64,000 bases of DNA from a virus, in the IMG/VR virus record IMGVR_UViG_3300037502_000580, positions 1-64,000 of that record. The stretch is one strand, 5' to 3'. The translations under genes were made by a program, and so were the position numbers. Positions within the stretch are counted from its first letter, which is position 1; every line of letters begins with the position of its first letter. Of the stretch, positions 10,168 to 20,718 are shown in pieces. Under the pieces are notes generated by a model. That model worked only from the letters and a program-made list of their open reading frames with translations. It did not search any database and was not told the origin of the DNA.

Positions 10168-13100
10168 GTGCCAAAAATAAGTGGTGTACTTTAGACAACG
10201 GCTCTGTACCAACAGCCTCCCGGCCTAGACAGGCAGTGGGTGAGATTCTTGTCAATACGATCAAGTCTGGTCGTAATATGTCCTCCGACGTACTCGCCAC
10301 ATTAAAGAACCAATTTGCTAACAAGTTAAAGTTCTTGTGGGTCATGGTCGAGCAGATGGACGCCATGGGCTTTAGCCGCGCCAAGGATATTGAAGAGGCC
10401 CTTAAGCGTCAGCGTTCTTATGAAGAAAAGCTGCGTCGGCATGCCGAGAAGAACATTGAGACGTTTACCAATCTTTATAAGCGTAACCGCAAGGCTGCTG
10501 AAGCACTGCAAGATGTGGGCTGGACAGCCAGTGAATCTGGCGTTAACCCCTTTATGCCCCGTAATCGCTATCTTGGTAGGACTGAACTCCTTGACTATGA
10601 AGGCAAGAAAGTTAGCGAAGTTCAACTCTGGGACATCTTAAACGCTGATCTTGCCAAGATCTCCAAGCTGGATGCTGGGGCACCGCTTGCCCTGAAGTCG
10701 ATAATCGACTCGTTTCAGTTCTATAGAAAAGAGTATGCACGGGCCACCATACAGGCAATTAAAGACCGTGCTGGTGAAGGCAACCTCAAAGACGATGAGA
10801 CTTCACCCAATGTTTACGAGCAGATAAAGACTCTGAAGGACGGGTTTGCCCGTGCCGACAATGATGCCTACCTGACGCTGCTACGTACAGGCAAGTACGT
10901 GGTGAATACTTATCGTATGGAAGGTCTGGGAGAAGACGGCGTACCCGCACGAGTGCTGGATGAGTCTCGGTCTTTTGAAGACAGAAGCGAGGCTAGAGAG
11001 TATGCAGATCAAAAGAAACAAGAGTTAAAAGACCCATCGCTGATAGATGAGTTTATCAAGACCGACATCAATGCCATGGTCAATGGCAACGGGCGCTCAG
11101 CCCTAAACTCGTTCTTTGATAAGGTGCGTCCTGCCCTTGATAAGTTAAAGCCGACTGTGGATGTAGGTGATCCTGGCTACGAGACACAGAGCGCAATGAT
11201 CGAGAACTTCAAAGAGCGTATGAAAGATGCCGCGCTCTTGCTGTACCCAGAGACTTCGATTAAGAAGCAACTCATCTCTAAGCGTAAGAACGTGCAGGGT
11301 TACAACCGTGACCTGTTAAAAACCTACGCCATCATGTCTGATAGGTACTCTAATCAGATCGCCAAGATTCGGTACAACGCCTCCATTGATGTGAACCTTG
11401 GTGAACTACAGCAAGAAGTCATCAGCAAGACCCGTGGCAATCGGGACATGAACGAGAAGGCTAACGCCTTACTCAATGAAATTGCCCAACACGTTGTTCG
11501 GTTTGAGGCTCCCCCGTCTGCATTAGATCGATTTGCCGCTGCTACTAATCAGTTAGGCTTTATGTGGTTCTTGGGTCTGAACCCATCATCTGCGCTTATC
11601 AACATGAGTCAGGTGCCTGGGGTGACATTGCCTTGGCTATCAGCACGGTTCCCCGCATCTTCAGTGGGGCAGTTGGGTGTGTCTCGGGAAATGATTAAGG
11701 CGTACCGTGACGTTACGAAGTTCAAGGGGATGCTGGTTGAAGGCACCATCAGTGAGCGCGTCGATGAGTTGATGAAGTTAGATGACGCCACCCTGCGTAA
11801 AGACTACAACCTTACAAAAGATGAAGTAAAGATGTTCGCTGAGCTAGACGAGCTTGGCGCGTTGCGTTCTGGCATGCAGATTTACGACATCAACAGCATT
11901 GCTGATAAAGGCTCTGCTTATCCAGGCTCCATGAGTCATGGGCTTTTTGCCTTCCAAAAATTCGCTGGCTTTGCGTTTCAAAAAGTAGAGCTGATTAACC
12001 GGGAAGTTAGTGCGCTCATGGCCTACCGCCTTGCTAAAAACAAGGCAATGATTGGTAAAGATAAGCCCCTCAATACTGAGGAAGCCGTAAAGTTTGCTGA
12101 ACAGACCATTAACAAAACTCAAGGTCTGTACTCTAATGACCAGGCACCGGCACCGTTCATGAACCCGGCGCTAAAAGTTATCCTAATGTTTAAGAAGTTC
12201 CCCGCACACATGGCAACTCTTTACGTGCTTATGTTCAGGGATATCTTTAAAGGCGCAGACCCCAGCGTTCGTAGAGTGGCACGGCGTCAGTTCACAAGAA
12301 TGATGGGTATGACAGGACTCATGGCTGGCGTTGCTGGTATGCCGTTGTACTACATCATTAGAGACATTATGAACGCCATGCTCGGTGATGAGGATGACCC
12401 GTACAACTTTGATCTTGAGTTACGGCGTGGCTTGATAGAACAGCTTGGGCCTACGGTCGGTAACATGATATTCAGCGGCATCCCCGGTCAGTCTGGTCTT
12501 GGCATCGGGCAACGGCTAGGGTATGAGGCTTCGTTCTTGTTAGGTGGCACGGATGTAGGCATCCCGTTTGTCGGTGGCGTGCTTGGTCTGCAAGATGTTC
12601 GTAGGGCTGAGACACTCAAAGAAGAGGTCGGCAACATAATGTTCAGCCTGCTTGGCCCTGCTGGTGGCATCGTCGATGGTTTGTTCCGTGGGTACGACTA
12701 CATGGAGAAGGGCGATGTGTATCGTGGCATCGAGAGCATGATGCCAGCCTTCTTGCGTAACCCATTAAAAGCCGGTAGGTTTGCAACCGAGGGCGCGTTG
12801 ACTGCACGTGGTGACGCTCTTGTGGAAGATATCTCTACGCTGGAGACGTTAGGACAGTTCTTTGGGTTCAGCCCACAACGGTTGGTAAGTCAGTACTCGA
12901 TCAACCAGGGCATAAAAGATATCGAACAAGACATTATGGATCGGCGTAAAGAACTTCTTGAACAGTATGCCTACGAAGTGCGTACTGGAGATCGTGCTGG
13001 GCAACAAGAAGTGCTGGCTGAGATACGTGAGTTCAGCAAGGTTAACCCATACAAAGGCGTAGCAATAACTCAGGACACGATAAGTCGGTCTTTACGGCGC

Positions 13101-13220
13101 CGGGAAGACATTTCTGACGAAACCCGAAACGGTATTCGTATTGCCAAGGGACTGGAACCCAGGGTGCGTGAACTTCGGGCTATGTCTGATGATCCTCTTG
13201 CAGAAATAGAAGAGACGTAA
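10164..13220 (+). CDS. Large internal virion protein (large polyvalent protein-like C-terminus)
   Basis: ~1018 aa; FLGLNPSSALINMSQ, MFKKFP, PAFLRNPLKA motifs; ATGA overlap with previous stop; last + strand gene. Confidence 0.6.
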   Translation: MSAKNKWCTLDNGSVPTASRPRQAVGEILVNTIKSGRNMSSDVLATLKNQFANKLKFLWVMVEQMDAMGFSRAKDIEEALKRQRSYEEKLRRHAEKNIETFTNLYKRNRKAAEALQDVGWTASESGVNPFMPRNRYLGRTELLDYEGKKVSEVQLWDILNADLAKISKLDAGAPLALKSIIDSFQFYRKEYARATIQAIKDRAGEGNLKDDETSPNVYEQIKTLKDGFARADNDAYLTLLRTGKYVVNTYRMEGLGEDGVPARVLDESRSFEDRSEAREYADQKKQELKDPSLIDEFIKTDINAMVNGNGRSALNSFFDKVRPALDKLKPTVDVGDPGYETQSAMIENFKERMKDAALLLYPETSIKKQLISKRKNVQGYNRDLLKTYAIMSDRYSNQIAKIRYNASIDVNLGELQQEVISKTRGNRDMNEKANALLNEIAQHVVRFEAPPSALDRFAAATNQLGFMWFLGLNPSSALINMSQVPGVTLPWLSARFPASSVGQLGVSREMIKAYRDVTKFKGMLVEGTISERVDELMKLDDATLRKDYNLTKDEVKMFAELDELGALRSGMQIYDINSIADKGSAYPGSMSHGLFAFQKFAGFAFQKVELINREVSALMAYRLAKNKAMIGKDKPLNTEEAVKFAEQTINKTQGLYSNDQAPAPFMNPALKVILMFKKFPAHMATLYVLMFRDIFKGADPSVRRVARRQFTRMMGMTGLMAGVAGMPLYYIIRDIMNAMLGDEDDPYNFDLELRRGLIEQLGPTVGNMIFSGIPGQSGLGIGQRLGYEASFLLGGTDVGIPFVGGVLGLQDVRRAETLKEEVGNIMFSLLGPAGGIVDGLFRGYDYMEKGDVYRGIESMMPAFLRNPLKAGRFATEGALTARGDALVEDISTLETLGQFFGFSPQRLVSQYSINQGIKDIEQDIMDRRKELLEQYAYEVRTGDRAGQQEVLAEIREFSKVNPYKGVAITQDTISRSLRRREDISDETRNGIRIAKGLEPRVRELRAMSDDPLAEIEET

Positions 13221-13256
13221 AAAGATCCCCAGCGGCGAACTCACACTGGGGAGAAA
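13221..13256. terminator. Hairpin between convergent transcription units
   Basis: TCCCCAG...CTGGGGA stem flanked by A-runs, between convergent stops at 13220 and 13287. Confidence 0.5.
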
Positions 13257-13286
13257 GAGAGGAGAGTACAACCTCCTCATTATCTG

Positions 13287-13487
13287 TTAAGTTCTCCATA
13301 CGCGCAATCCCATGATGCCGTTCTCGACCACGACCCGCGTGGTGAATGAGTAGTCTTTAGCGTGTTCCCGTGCTTCTTTTCTGAAGACTTTCAGGGTGTA
13401 AGACGGGTCGAGGGAAGGTATAAAGATCGATGTTCCGACCTTAAACCTATCCCACGGGATTACAAATCTAATCCTGTCCGACCACAT
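13287..13487 (-). CDS. Small conserved phage protein
   Basis: WDRFKVGTSIFIP...GLRVWR pattern; last gene of - strand operon. Confidence 0.6.
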   Translation of the reverse strand: MWSDRIRFVIPWDRFKVGTSIFIPSLDPSYTLKVFRKEAREHAKDYSFTTRVVVENGIMGLRVWRT

Positions 13488-16293
13488 CTATTAGGCTTTC
13501 TGGAATCTCGACACCCATCTTCTCTGCATTTAGCATCAATGCTTCGATAGGTGGCGTACCCAGAGGTGTGCCTTTTGACATGCCCTTCTTGGCTACCTTC
13601 AATAAGACACCCTCTGTCTCTAATTCCCGTATGACTTCTCGGTACGGCATCTGAGATTCGGTACATTCGTTACGGAAATGTTTGGCATCGACGTAGATCA
13701 TCTTGGTGTCTGGCTCCATGCGGATAAGTAGTTGCCCTCTCGGGGTCTGCTTACTAGCAAAGGCTGTCCGTCCATCTGCCACACTGTCGATGATCAGCGT
13801 GTTCTGCGCCATGTACTTCAGAATGTACCGACCAACAAAGGTCTTGGCATCACTGCCGTTATCGGTATTGGTCTCTTTGATCTGGCTTATCGTGTCCAGA
13901 TAGAAGTCAAACAGGTGCTTGAGGTTGTAATCGTGCAGGCCTATGTCTCTAGCAACCTGCCCACCCACTAGGTTGATTGCACCCAGTGCCGCATAGAAAC
14001 GGAAAGAGGGCTTGAGGTTTAGTTTGTCATTGATCTTGTTTACGGTGAGTTTGACCCGGTTGGTTATCTCATCCAGATTGTTACTCACGGCTGTGATGTA
14101 GGGCACCCAAGCATGACCGTAGTTTTCCATTAACAACTCATCAAAGAGCCTCACTCCTTCGTTGACACTGATGTTGGGACTGGGGTGGATGTGATATTCC
14201 ACACACCTAAAAACTTCTCCCTGTGGGAGATCCTTAATCAGATATAGCTTGTCGTAGAAAGAAGCGTTACTTGTTGCCACCCCCACCGTTCGCCATGTCG
14301 TATTGTTTGCCCTCAGAGTATTGGAGTTAGAGTTCATCCGGTCACGGCCCCGGCCTTGGGTGATGCCATACAGAAAGTTCGATACCTCTTCTGGCTTAGA
14401 GTTGGTCATCTCATCAACCGTCAGCGGGATGTTATTCAGCACCCCCATGCGTAGCACGAGAGAGGCTTTTGTATCATCTGCTGAACGCAACGGGTCTTCT
14501 GGGTGGCCCCAGATAGAGTTGATCATTCGTAAGATTGTGGTCTTACCCGTGCCAGAACCCCGGTGAATAAGATTAAGAAGCACGCCTTTGTGGTTTGTTG
14601 ATACTTTCAACAATGGTGCGCCAAATCCAGTCAGGGCGGCGAAGGCCTGGGGTTCAGACCCGGCAACGTTATAGCCGTTAAATGCCTCTTTCCATTTGTC
14701 TAGCGTACCGGCTGGTTTGTACCAGTCCACCATGTCGGATGTTGTCGTAGTTGGTGGCACATAGCGCAGCATACCCTTCTCCAATTCCACGTCTCCTACT
14801 ACGAAGTTACCGGTAGATGTCCATCCGAATTGGTGATGCGCTGTGTCTGCTCGTTTGCTCATCTGTAGTTCCTGCGCCGCTCGTATGACATATGCCTGAA
14901 TCTCTTGCCATTGCTTACCAAAGGTCAGTACTCCACGTTTGGATAACTCACTCTTTAGGGTATCGATGGAAGTCAGCCCGTTCATAGATACGGTGAAATT
15001 CTTGACCCCATCTTTTGGCAGATGCAACCGTATCCAGGCACTCTCACCTTCTGCTGGGTCATAAATCCGCTGAACTACAAACAAGTCATGCGGGTAAACA
15101 ACCTTTTGGTCTTCATTGTTGGTGATGTAGATGCCACCCTTTGCGCCACGGAAGTACGGATCTGGCAATTTAGGGATCTCGTAGGTGATTTCTGCATCAG
15201 AACCCTCTTGTTTTACGACTATCTCGGTCTCTTTCGATGCCGGTACTTCAACACCTAGCGTGATGGGGGACTTGATTTTGCCTTGGTTGACGCATCCTTC
15301 GCATCCTCCAGGGTTTAGTTTTTCAAATGTCTCGCAGTAGTACGGCCCCCGGTTCTCGCCTTTGGTGCGTGCTGCCTCCCGCTCTGTCTCCTCGTATGTG
15401 TAGTTAGGGTGCTTCTCTGAAATCTTATGGATAGCTTTAGCGGCATCTTCACAATGCTCGGCAATCGACAGGCCTGCACGCCATAGGCTCTGATCTATGA
15501 TTTCTTGGTCTTCGTAGATGTGCAGTAGCTGTGGACAACCGGTGCCTTTGACTGACTTGACCAGTATGTTCTTAAAGTACGTTACCTTGTTGCCCATCAG
15601 TGCCTTGGTCAGAGCGCTTGGCTCTTTGCGTGGCATGCCAAGATCCACCTTCGGAGGTGGTGGCGGGGGCATCAGTTTGGCTAACTCGTCTTTATCAAAG
15701 AACGTCTCTGGCGGGATAAGTAGTTTTACCTGACGTGGTTCCTCTTGCTTGAGGTTGTAGGTATCAGGTACACGCAGTATCCGTGCGGCATCAATCGTGC
15801 AACCAGCATCGATAAGAAGTTTCTTCTCTTTGCAAAGAAGCCGCAGGCTCTCTGCTAGTGGTTGCCACTCTTCCCGTGTGAGTTCTTGAGTCAGAGGCCA
15901 GTATGCGTGGAACCCGCCGCCTGAATCTACCAAGGCAGGCCATGGGAACCCGGTCTCCTCTAAGAACTTCTCAAGCGCTTCGATAGCCGCATCTTTATCG
16001 GCATAGCCTTCCCCGGCTTCTGCCTTCTCTGGGCTACAGTCTAGGTCTAACCATATAGCCTTGATAGCCTTGACGTTGGTTTGGGCGCGTGGCTTGGGTA
16101 CATTACGTTCTTTAAATGTGGCAAGTGCAAAGTAGACATCCCTGTGTTGTGACAGGAACGTGTAAATCTCGTTTTCTGTTTCCTCGATACTGCTGAAAAA
16201 GGACTGGACTACAGGGCGATCTGCCTTCTTGTTTATCCCCGTGATGCAATAAAGACCTTCCCCAGCAAGAATGGCTCTCAAAAATTCTTGCAT
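13468..16293 (-). CDS. Primase-helicase (RepB/AEP-like primase N-terminus, DUF927 ATPase C-terminus)
   Basis: WLDLD, DSGGGFHAYW and RILRVP primase motifs; Cys cluster; Walker A GSGTGKTT; Walker B LTVDE. Confidence 0.85.
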   Translation of the reverse strand: MQEFLRAILAGEGLYCITGINKKADRPVVQSFFSSIEETENEIYTFLSQHRDVYFALATFKERNVPKPRAQTNVKAIKAIWLDLDCSPEKAEAGEGYADKDAAIEALEKFLEETGFPWPALVDSGGGFHAYWPLTQELTREEWQPLAESLRLLCKEKKLLIDAGCTIDAARILRVPDTYNLKQEEPRQVKLLIPPETFFDKDELAKLMPPPPPPKVDLGMPRKEPSALTKALMGNKVTYFKNILVKSVKGTGCPQLLHIYEDQEIIDQSLWRAGLSIAEHCEDAAKAIHKISEKHPNYTYEETEREAARTKGENRGPYYCETFEKLNPGGCEGCVNQGKIKSPITLGVEVPASKETEIVVKQEGSDAEITYEIPKLPDPYFRGAKGGIYITNNEDQKVVYPHDLFVVQRIYDPAEGESAWIRLHLPKDGVKNFTVSMNGLTSIDTLKSELSKRGVLTFGKQWQEIQAYVIRAAQELQMSKRADTAHHQFGWTSTGNFVVGDVELEKGMLRYVPPTTTTSDMVDWYKPAGTLDKWKEAFNGYNVAGSEPQAFAALTGFGAPLLKVSTNHKGVLLNLIHRGSGTGKTTILRMINSIWGHPEDPLRSADDTKASLVLRMGVLNNIPLTVDEMTNSKPEEVSNFLYGITQGRGRDRMNSNSNTLRANNTTWRTVGVATSNASFYDKLYLIKDLPQGEVFRCVEYHIHPSPNISVNEGVRLFDELLMENYGHAWVPYITAVSNNLDEITNRVKLTVNKINDKLNLKPSFRFYAALGAINLVGGQVARDIGLHDYNLKHLFDFYLDTISQIKETNTDNGSDAKTFVGRYILKYMAQNTLIIDSVADGRTAFASKQTPRGQLLIRMEPDTKMIYVDAKHFRNECTESQMPYREVIRELETEGVLLKVAKKGMSKGTPLGTPPIEALMLNAEKMGVEIPESLIDVVGQD

Positions 16294-16295
16294 GG

Positions 16296-16526
16296 CTAAC
16301 CCTTGAGCTTGTCTATGAACTCCCGTATCTCAGGAATACGATCCTCTTTTGGGCTTTTGTCTCCACAGAACCACGCGTAAACGGTGGGACGAGACACACC
16401 GAACAGATTGGCGACGACACTAATGGGCACACTCTTCTCAATGCAGATGCGACCCAACATGACACCCCATCCGTCATCCACAGCCCCTTTATTTTTAGCA
16501 ACGACTTCTTGTGAATAACCGATCAA
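16296..16526 (-). CDS. Small XRE/Cro-like HTH protein
   Basis: VANLFGVSRPTVYAWF helix-turn-helix; TTG start after GGAGG. Confidence 0.75.
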   Translation of the reverse strand: MIGYSQEVVAKNKGAVDDGWGVMLGRICIEKSVPISVVANLFGVSRPTVYAWFCGDKSPKEDRIPEIREFIDKLKG

Positions 16527-16540
16527 CTTGACCTCCCTCA

Positions 16541-16579
16541 AAAAAGAAAAGAAGTCGGGTTCTATCAACCTAGCCCGAC
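16541..16579 (-). terminator. Intrinsic terminator
   Basis: GTCGGG...CCCGAC stem followed on - strand by TTCTTTTCTTTTT. Confidence 0.6.
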
Positions 16580-16635
16580 GCTAGTTTGAGCCGCGCCTGA
16601 TAGATGGCGCTCCTGGGGGGACAGGAATCTAAAGG

Positions 16636-17535
16636 TTAGTTGTCGTCATCCCACTCGTTGAGAAGGTCAGCGGTGCTTTTCGTAGGCTTAACTTCTTCCT
16701 GCTTCTTAGCTGCCTTCTTGGTGGGGGGTGCCTCTTCCTCTTCAGCCTCTTCCTTGGGTTCGGCTTTGGGGGCAGGCTTGGGGGTGGGTTTGGGCAATGC
16801 TACCTTGCTTTTGCCTTGCACGCCGTCTGTCTGAGCGACAGTCATGGTGATAGCGGCTTTGGCTTCTGGAGTCTGCGCCTTCAGTGAGCAGATATTATGC
16901 TCATGCTCTTCCAACGGACGCACCGGCGAGAAGAAAAGTTTGGGCGTAGCAGAGTCAATATCGAACCGCATCTCTGTAACAACATCTTCCACGTTAACGC
17001 CGTGAGCCGCCAGGTACTTGACGTAGGACTGTAGCGGCATCTTGTTGTTCTCGGGCTTGCCAAAGATCGACGTAGCCGGAAGGGTAAGTTGGAATACCTC
17101 ACCGTTCATATCAGAAGCCAGCACTACAGCCAGACGCTGTTGGAAACGGCAAGCGCGGGATTCACCCTGACCAGACCCAGCGATATTCTTGGGGCAGTCA
17201 GCACAGGTGGCGTGTTGGGGGGTCTTAACATCTGAGTTCGGACGGATGCCGTCATTAGACCAGCACTCGGGTGCGGCCTGATTGCCTTCTTCATAGGTGC
17301 CAGCGTAGTACTGACGACTGACGTGTTCTGCGGCAGAAACAATAACCACAGGCATAGAACGATCTTCAGACTTTGCAGTCTCCTGACCACCGACCATCAT
17401 ACGAAAGACACCGCCACGGATGGAGATTCTTTTGTTCTGGCTATTGCCCATGAGCGCACGAGTTGTCGCACTCAGGCTACGGTTCTTCAGATAATCGGGC
17501 AAGTTGCCCTTAAACAACGACAGTTCTCCGCTCAT
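16636..17535 (-). CDS. Putative single-stranded DNA-binding protein
   Basis: 299 aa; CWS..G..P and C..CP.N..GS..RAC motifs; Pro/Lys linker and acidic tail (EWDDDN); in replication module. Confidence 0.6.
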   Translation of the reverse strand: MSGELSLFKGNLPDYLKNRSLSATTRALMGNSQNKRISIRGGVFRMMVGGQETAKSEDRSMPVVIVSAAEHVSRQYYAGTYEEGNQAAPECWSNDGIRPNSDVKTPQHATCADCPKNIAGSGQGESRACRFQQRLAVVLASDMNGEVFQLTLPATSIFGKPENNKMPLQSYVKYLAAHGVNVEDVVTEMRFDIDSATPKLFFSPVRPLEEHEHNICSLKAQTPEAKAAITMTVAQTDGVQGKSKVALPKPTPKPAPKAEPKEEAEEEEAPPTKKAAKKQEEVKPTKSTADLLNEWDDDN

Positions 17536-17927
17536 TTAGATCTCCTTACGGTTACGGAATAACGGCTCTCGGAATTGAGGCCTTGTGGTAAAAAACTAGG
17601 GTTCTCCTCCAGCCATGACTTCATGTTCGTCTGGTGAATACGACGCTCAAGAAGGTCAAAAGCCTTATGGTCTCGTATGAAGTTGTGCATGGACTCCCAA
17701 TCTGCTGTCCAGTACCGGGTCTTTACAGAACGGATTACGGTACCGTGGGGGGTCTTGATGCTGTCAGCACCCGTGGCTTTGCAGATCTCCATCAGTTCGT
17801 TCTCAACCATTTCCATCTGCGACTTCAGGTTAGCCACCCGCTCTTCATGCTCACGCTCCATTTGCTGTAGCGTGTCTCTCATCTTAATGTAAATTTTTGC
17901 CAGTTTGTCGGCGCTGATTTCACTCAT
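17532..17927 (-). CDS. Conserved phage coiled-coil protein (replication module)
   Basis: N-terminal coiled coil, SIKTPHGTV, DWES, LLERR, PQGL. Confidence 0.6.
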   Translation of the reverse strand: MSEISADKLAKIYIKMRDTLQQMEREHEERVANLKSQMEMVENELMEICKATGADSIKTPHGTVIRSVKTRYWTADWESMHNFIRDHKAFDLLERRIHQTNMKSWLEENPSFLPQGLNSESRYSVTVRRSK

Positions 17928-19509
17928 TGTTAACTCCAGTTTGGTTGCTCATGTTTACTTTGTCAACCTCTTGATAAAAAAGTTCCACAACTTTTGAGTG
18001 GATGTTCTCTTTTTTTCTCAGGGAGGCGTAAACCTTGGCTTCTACCGTACTGCCCTGTAGGTGGACGACTGTCACATTGTGACGCTGCCCCTTGCGGTGC
18101 GCCCTGGCGTTGGCCTGTAAGTAGGACTCCAGACTGGTGGTGGGGCCGAACCAAATGATCGTGTCGGCGGCTGTAAGCGTTACCCCGTGGGCCGCAGCCT
18201 GGGGCTGAATGACCAGCACCCGTGGGTCTTTTTCCTGCTGAAATGTCCTGAAGATCTCGCTTCGTTTGGTCGCCGTAACCTCACCAGATATGATCTCGTT
18301 GGTTATGCCGTTCTCAGTCAGGAAGTCTGAGACAGAGCCTATCGCATGCTTAAATGGCACGAAGACCAGAATCTTATTAGAGGTTTCCCTAATAACCTCC
18401 AGCAACACATCCAGCCGGTTCTTGCCATCAAACGATATCGCATCGCCGTTGTCGGAATAGACAACACCCACGGACAACTGCAGTAACTTGTTCATTAAGG
18501 TCGCGGCGTTGACTGCTGTAATTGTCTCGTCTGCCGCGTGGATCATCATTTGCCGACTGATCTTGTCGTAGTAGGCCTCTTGCTGTCTTGATAGCGGCAC
18601 CATGCGGGTCACATAGGTTATGTCCGGTAGGTCTAGGCACTGCTCTTTGGTGAACCTGATTGCTGGTTGCAGTGCAGCATGGACTCTTTCCACGGCATCT
18701 ACTCTGGGTAACCAGACGAATCGGGACACTTGCGCCATCACATGATCTTTCCAGGCGGTTTTGAACTTCGGCACGCGATGTGGAGAGACAAGTTTTGCCA
18801 TGCCAAAGGCATCTTCTGGTGACTGTGCCGCAGGTGTGCCGGTCAGCATCCACAACCAGACGTTATCGAACATCAGATTGTTTAGGCACTTCCATCTGCG
18901 GGTAGAGGTGTTCTTGTAGGCATTGGCCTCATCGACAATGATCAGATCAAAGCCAGCCCCCTGCAGATCTTTCAGTATGACTTCCACACCGTCGTAGTTG
19001 ATGATTACGAACTCGGCGTCGCTCTCTATGATCTCTTTGCGCTTCTCTGCCCTACCATGGGCTATGGCTACCCTGCGGTGCATGGCGAACCCAAAAAGGT
19101 CTTGTTGCCAAGCAGATTGCATGATTGACAGAGGGCAGATGATCAGAACCCGATTGATGACACCCTTCTTCATCAGATAATCTGCAGCCCAGATGCAAGA
19201 TGCCGTCTTGCCTGTACCTTGCTCATTGAAACAGAAGGCACGCTTGTGCAGGGTGAGGAAGGATGCCGTCTCTATCTGGTGGCTCATGGGCTTATTGAAC
19301 CCAGGCCAGTTGTAGTCCTTCTTTATAGTGGACGGTACGTTTTTGATGTTGAGTCTGGCTAGAGTCTGTGCTTCGTCAAGTCCCCACTTAACTAGCACCT
19401 CAGATGAACCATCCAGACTATTAACGAGTTTACTGTTGGGAATCGTATCCAGAACGGGTCTGGGATTCTTTAGCCTCAACAGCAAGGCTTTGTTGTCGAT
19501 TATTTGCAT
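17920..19509 (-). CDS. SNF2/SF2 DNA helicase
   Basis: EQGTGKT, IVDEA, LTGTP, HGVTLT, QANARAHRKGQ motifs. Confidence 0.92.
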   Translation of the reverse strand: MQIIDNKALLLRLKNPRPVLDTIPNSKLVNSLDGSSEVLVKWGLDEAQTLARLNIKNVPSTIKKDYNWPGFNKPMSHQIETASFLTLHKRAFCFNEQGTGKTASCIWAADYLMKKGVINRVLIICPLSIMQSAWQQDLFGFAMHRRVAIAHGRAEKRKEIIESDAEFVIINYDGVEVILKDLQGAGFDLIIVDEANAYKNTSTRRWKCLNNLMFDNVWLWMLTGTPAAQSPEDAFGMAKLVSPHRVPKFKTAWKDHVMAQVSRFVWLPRVDAVERVHAALQPAIRFTKEQCLDLPDITYVTRMVPLSRQQEAYYDKISRQMMIHAADETITAVNAATLMNKLLQLSVGVVYSDNGDAISFDGKNRLDVLLEVIRETSNKILVFVPFKHAIGSVSDFLTENGITNEIISGEVTATKRSEIFRTFQQEKDPRVLVIQPQAAAHGVTLTAADTIIWFGPTTSLESYLQANARAHRKGQRHNVTVVHLQGSTVEAKVYASLRKKENIHSKVVELFYQEVDKVNMSNQTGVNNE

Positions 19510-19550
19510 TGGCTCTCAGCACGGGCTACCGGCCCGAGACGGTTTAGGGT

Positions 19551-19859
19551 TTACTTCTTTTCGCGTTTACTAACTTCTGACACGAGTTTGCTCTGCGAGT
19601 TCCGCTTGAAAGACCTATTCTTGCTAGGTGATTCGATACGCACGCCGTGACCGTTACTGCCCCCCTTACTTAGCGCACGCTTGTGGGCTACATCTTTACC
19701 TTCACGAGCATCAGCCTTGCCATTCCCGTTAGCATCTTTACCGTTGCTATCAATCTTGCGTCTGGCTCGCTGCCGCTCCATGCGGAACTCATGTTCCCCA
19801 CGTTCTTTCTGTTGCTCGTATTCTTTCTTGTACGGCCTGGGTTTGTTGACGTAAGGCAT
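19551..19859 (-). CDS. HNH-like small basic protein
   Basis: KDVAHKRALSKGGSN...NR pattern. Confidence 0.6.
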   Translation of the reverse strand: MPYVNKPRPYKKEYEQQKERGEHEFRMERQRARRKIDSNGKDANGNGKADAREGKDVAHKRALSKGGSNGHGVRIESPSKNRSFKRNSQSKLVSEVSKREKK

Positions 19860-20524
19860 TATTCATGTCTCCCATTGTGAACACAGCTTACAACTGGGCA
19901 GTATTGGCGGCATGTGAAGTTTGGTTTGGCGTTCCAGACATCTTCTTTAAACGTCTGGGCCAGCCATTGATACCGGCCTGTCCATTCCTGCATGATGCCA
20001 ACTACGTCTGCCCGAGTGTATTTCCGTGTGATCATGTCCTCACAGACCAGAAACAGCAACGCCGCCTTTATGGTCTGCACTTGCGGGAAGTGGGCAAAGG
20101 TGCATAGCGCCATGAGATCTAACTGCTTGGTGTCTGCATACTTGCTTGACTTACCCGTCTTGTAGTCTACGATTCGGGCCTTCTCGCCGTCAATGACGAT
20201 CAAGTCAGCGATACCTCGTAGCCACACATTGCTGTCAAAGAACCCACATGCCTCACCATCGCTGGTCAGCCCCATCCTGTATTCGCAGTGCTTCTCCCCT
20301 GGTAGTTCCTTTAGTAACCGAAACGGTTCCTCAAACTGCGAGAACTGTGGGGGTACGGGTGCGTCCTCTTTGATGTAGTTCTCTGCCGCCGTGTGGACTG
20401 CCTCGCCATACATGATGGCCTCTGACTTTGGCTCAGTAACATCTTTTACTACCTTGAGGTGGTAGTATTTTTTGGGACACTGCTCAAACAGACCGATAGC
20501 GCTATAAGACCAAGCTGGAGTCAT
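19859..20524 (-). CDS. PD-(D/E)XK Cas4/RecB-like exonuclease
   Basis: SYS..FEQCP, G..VH, RGIAD, IVDYKTG, QL.L.A, terminal C..CP...C. Confidence 0.88.
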   Translation of the reverse strand: MTPAWSYSAIGLFEQCPKKYYHLKVVKDVTEPKSEAIMYGEAVHTAAENYIKEDAPVPPQFSQFEEPFRLLKELPGEKHCEYRMGLTSDGEACGFFDSNVWLRGIADLIVIDGEKARIVDYKTGKSSKYADTKQLDLMALCTFAHFPQVQTIKAALLFLVCEDMITRKYTRADVVGIMQEWTGRYQWLAQTFKEDVWNAKPNFTCRQYCPVVSCVHNGRHE

Positions 20525-20718
20525 TCAAGGTGGCTCTTTGTAACGTTTAGTAGAAGTTTGTTGTTTGCCATCATCTCTTCAATTTTTTCTTTAGCTTCCG
20601 CGTACTGACGCTCGTTCATGAGTTCATGTACTTCACGCAGAAGGCGCTTTATCTCAAGGTAATAAATGGCGTAATCCATTTTAACATTCTCCGTAATTTT
20701 TGCCAATGCCAGACTCAC
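20521..20718 (-). CDS. Hypothetical protein
   Basis: Fills gap between polymerase and nuclease; probable start MDYA. Confidence 0.5.
   Translation of the reverse strand: MSLALAKITENVKMDYAIYYLEIKRLLREVHELMNERQYAEAKEKIEEMMANNKLLLNVTKSHLE

Noticed and set aside
19859-20524. Cas4 as part of a CRISPR system
   Set aside because: Stand-alone PD-(D/E)XK nuclease in the replication module; no array or other cas genes
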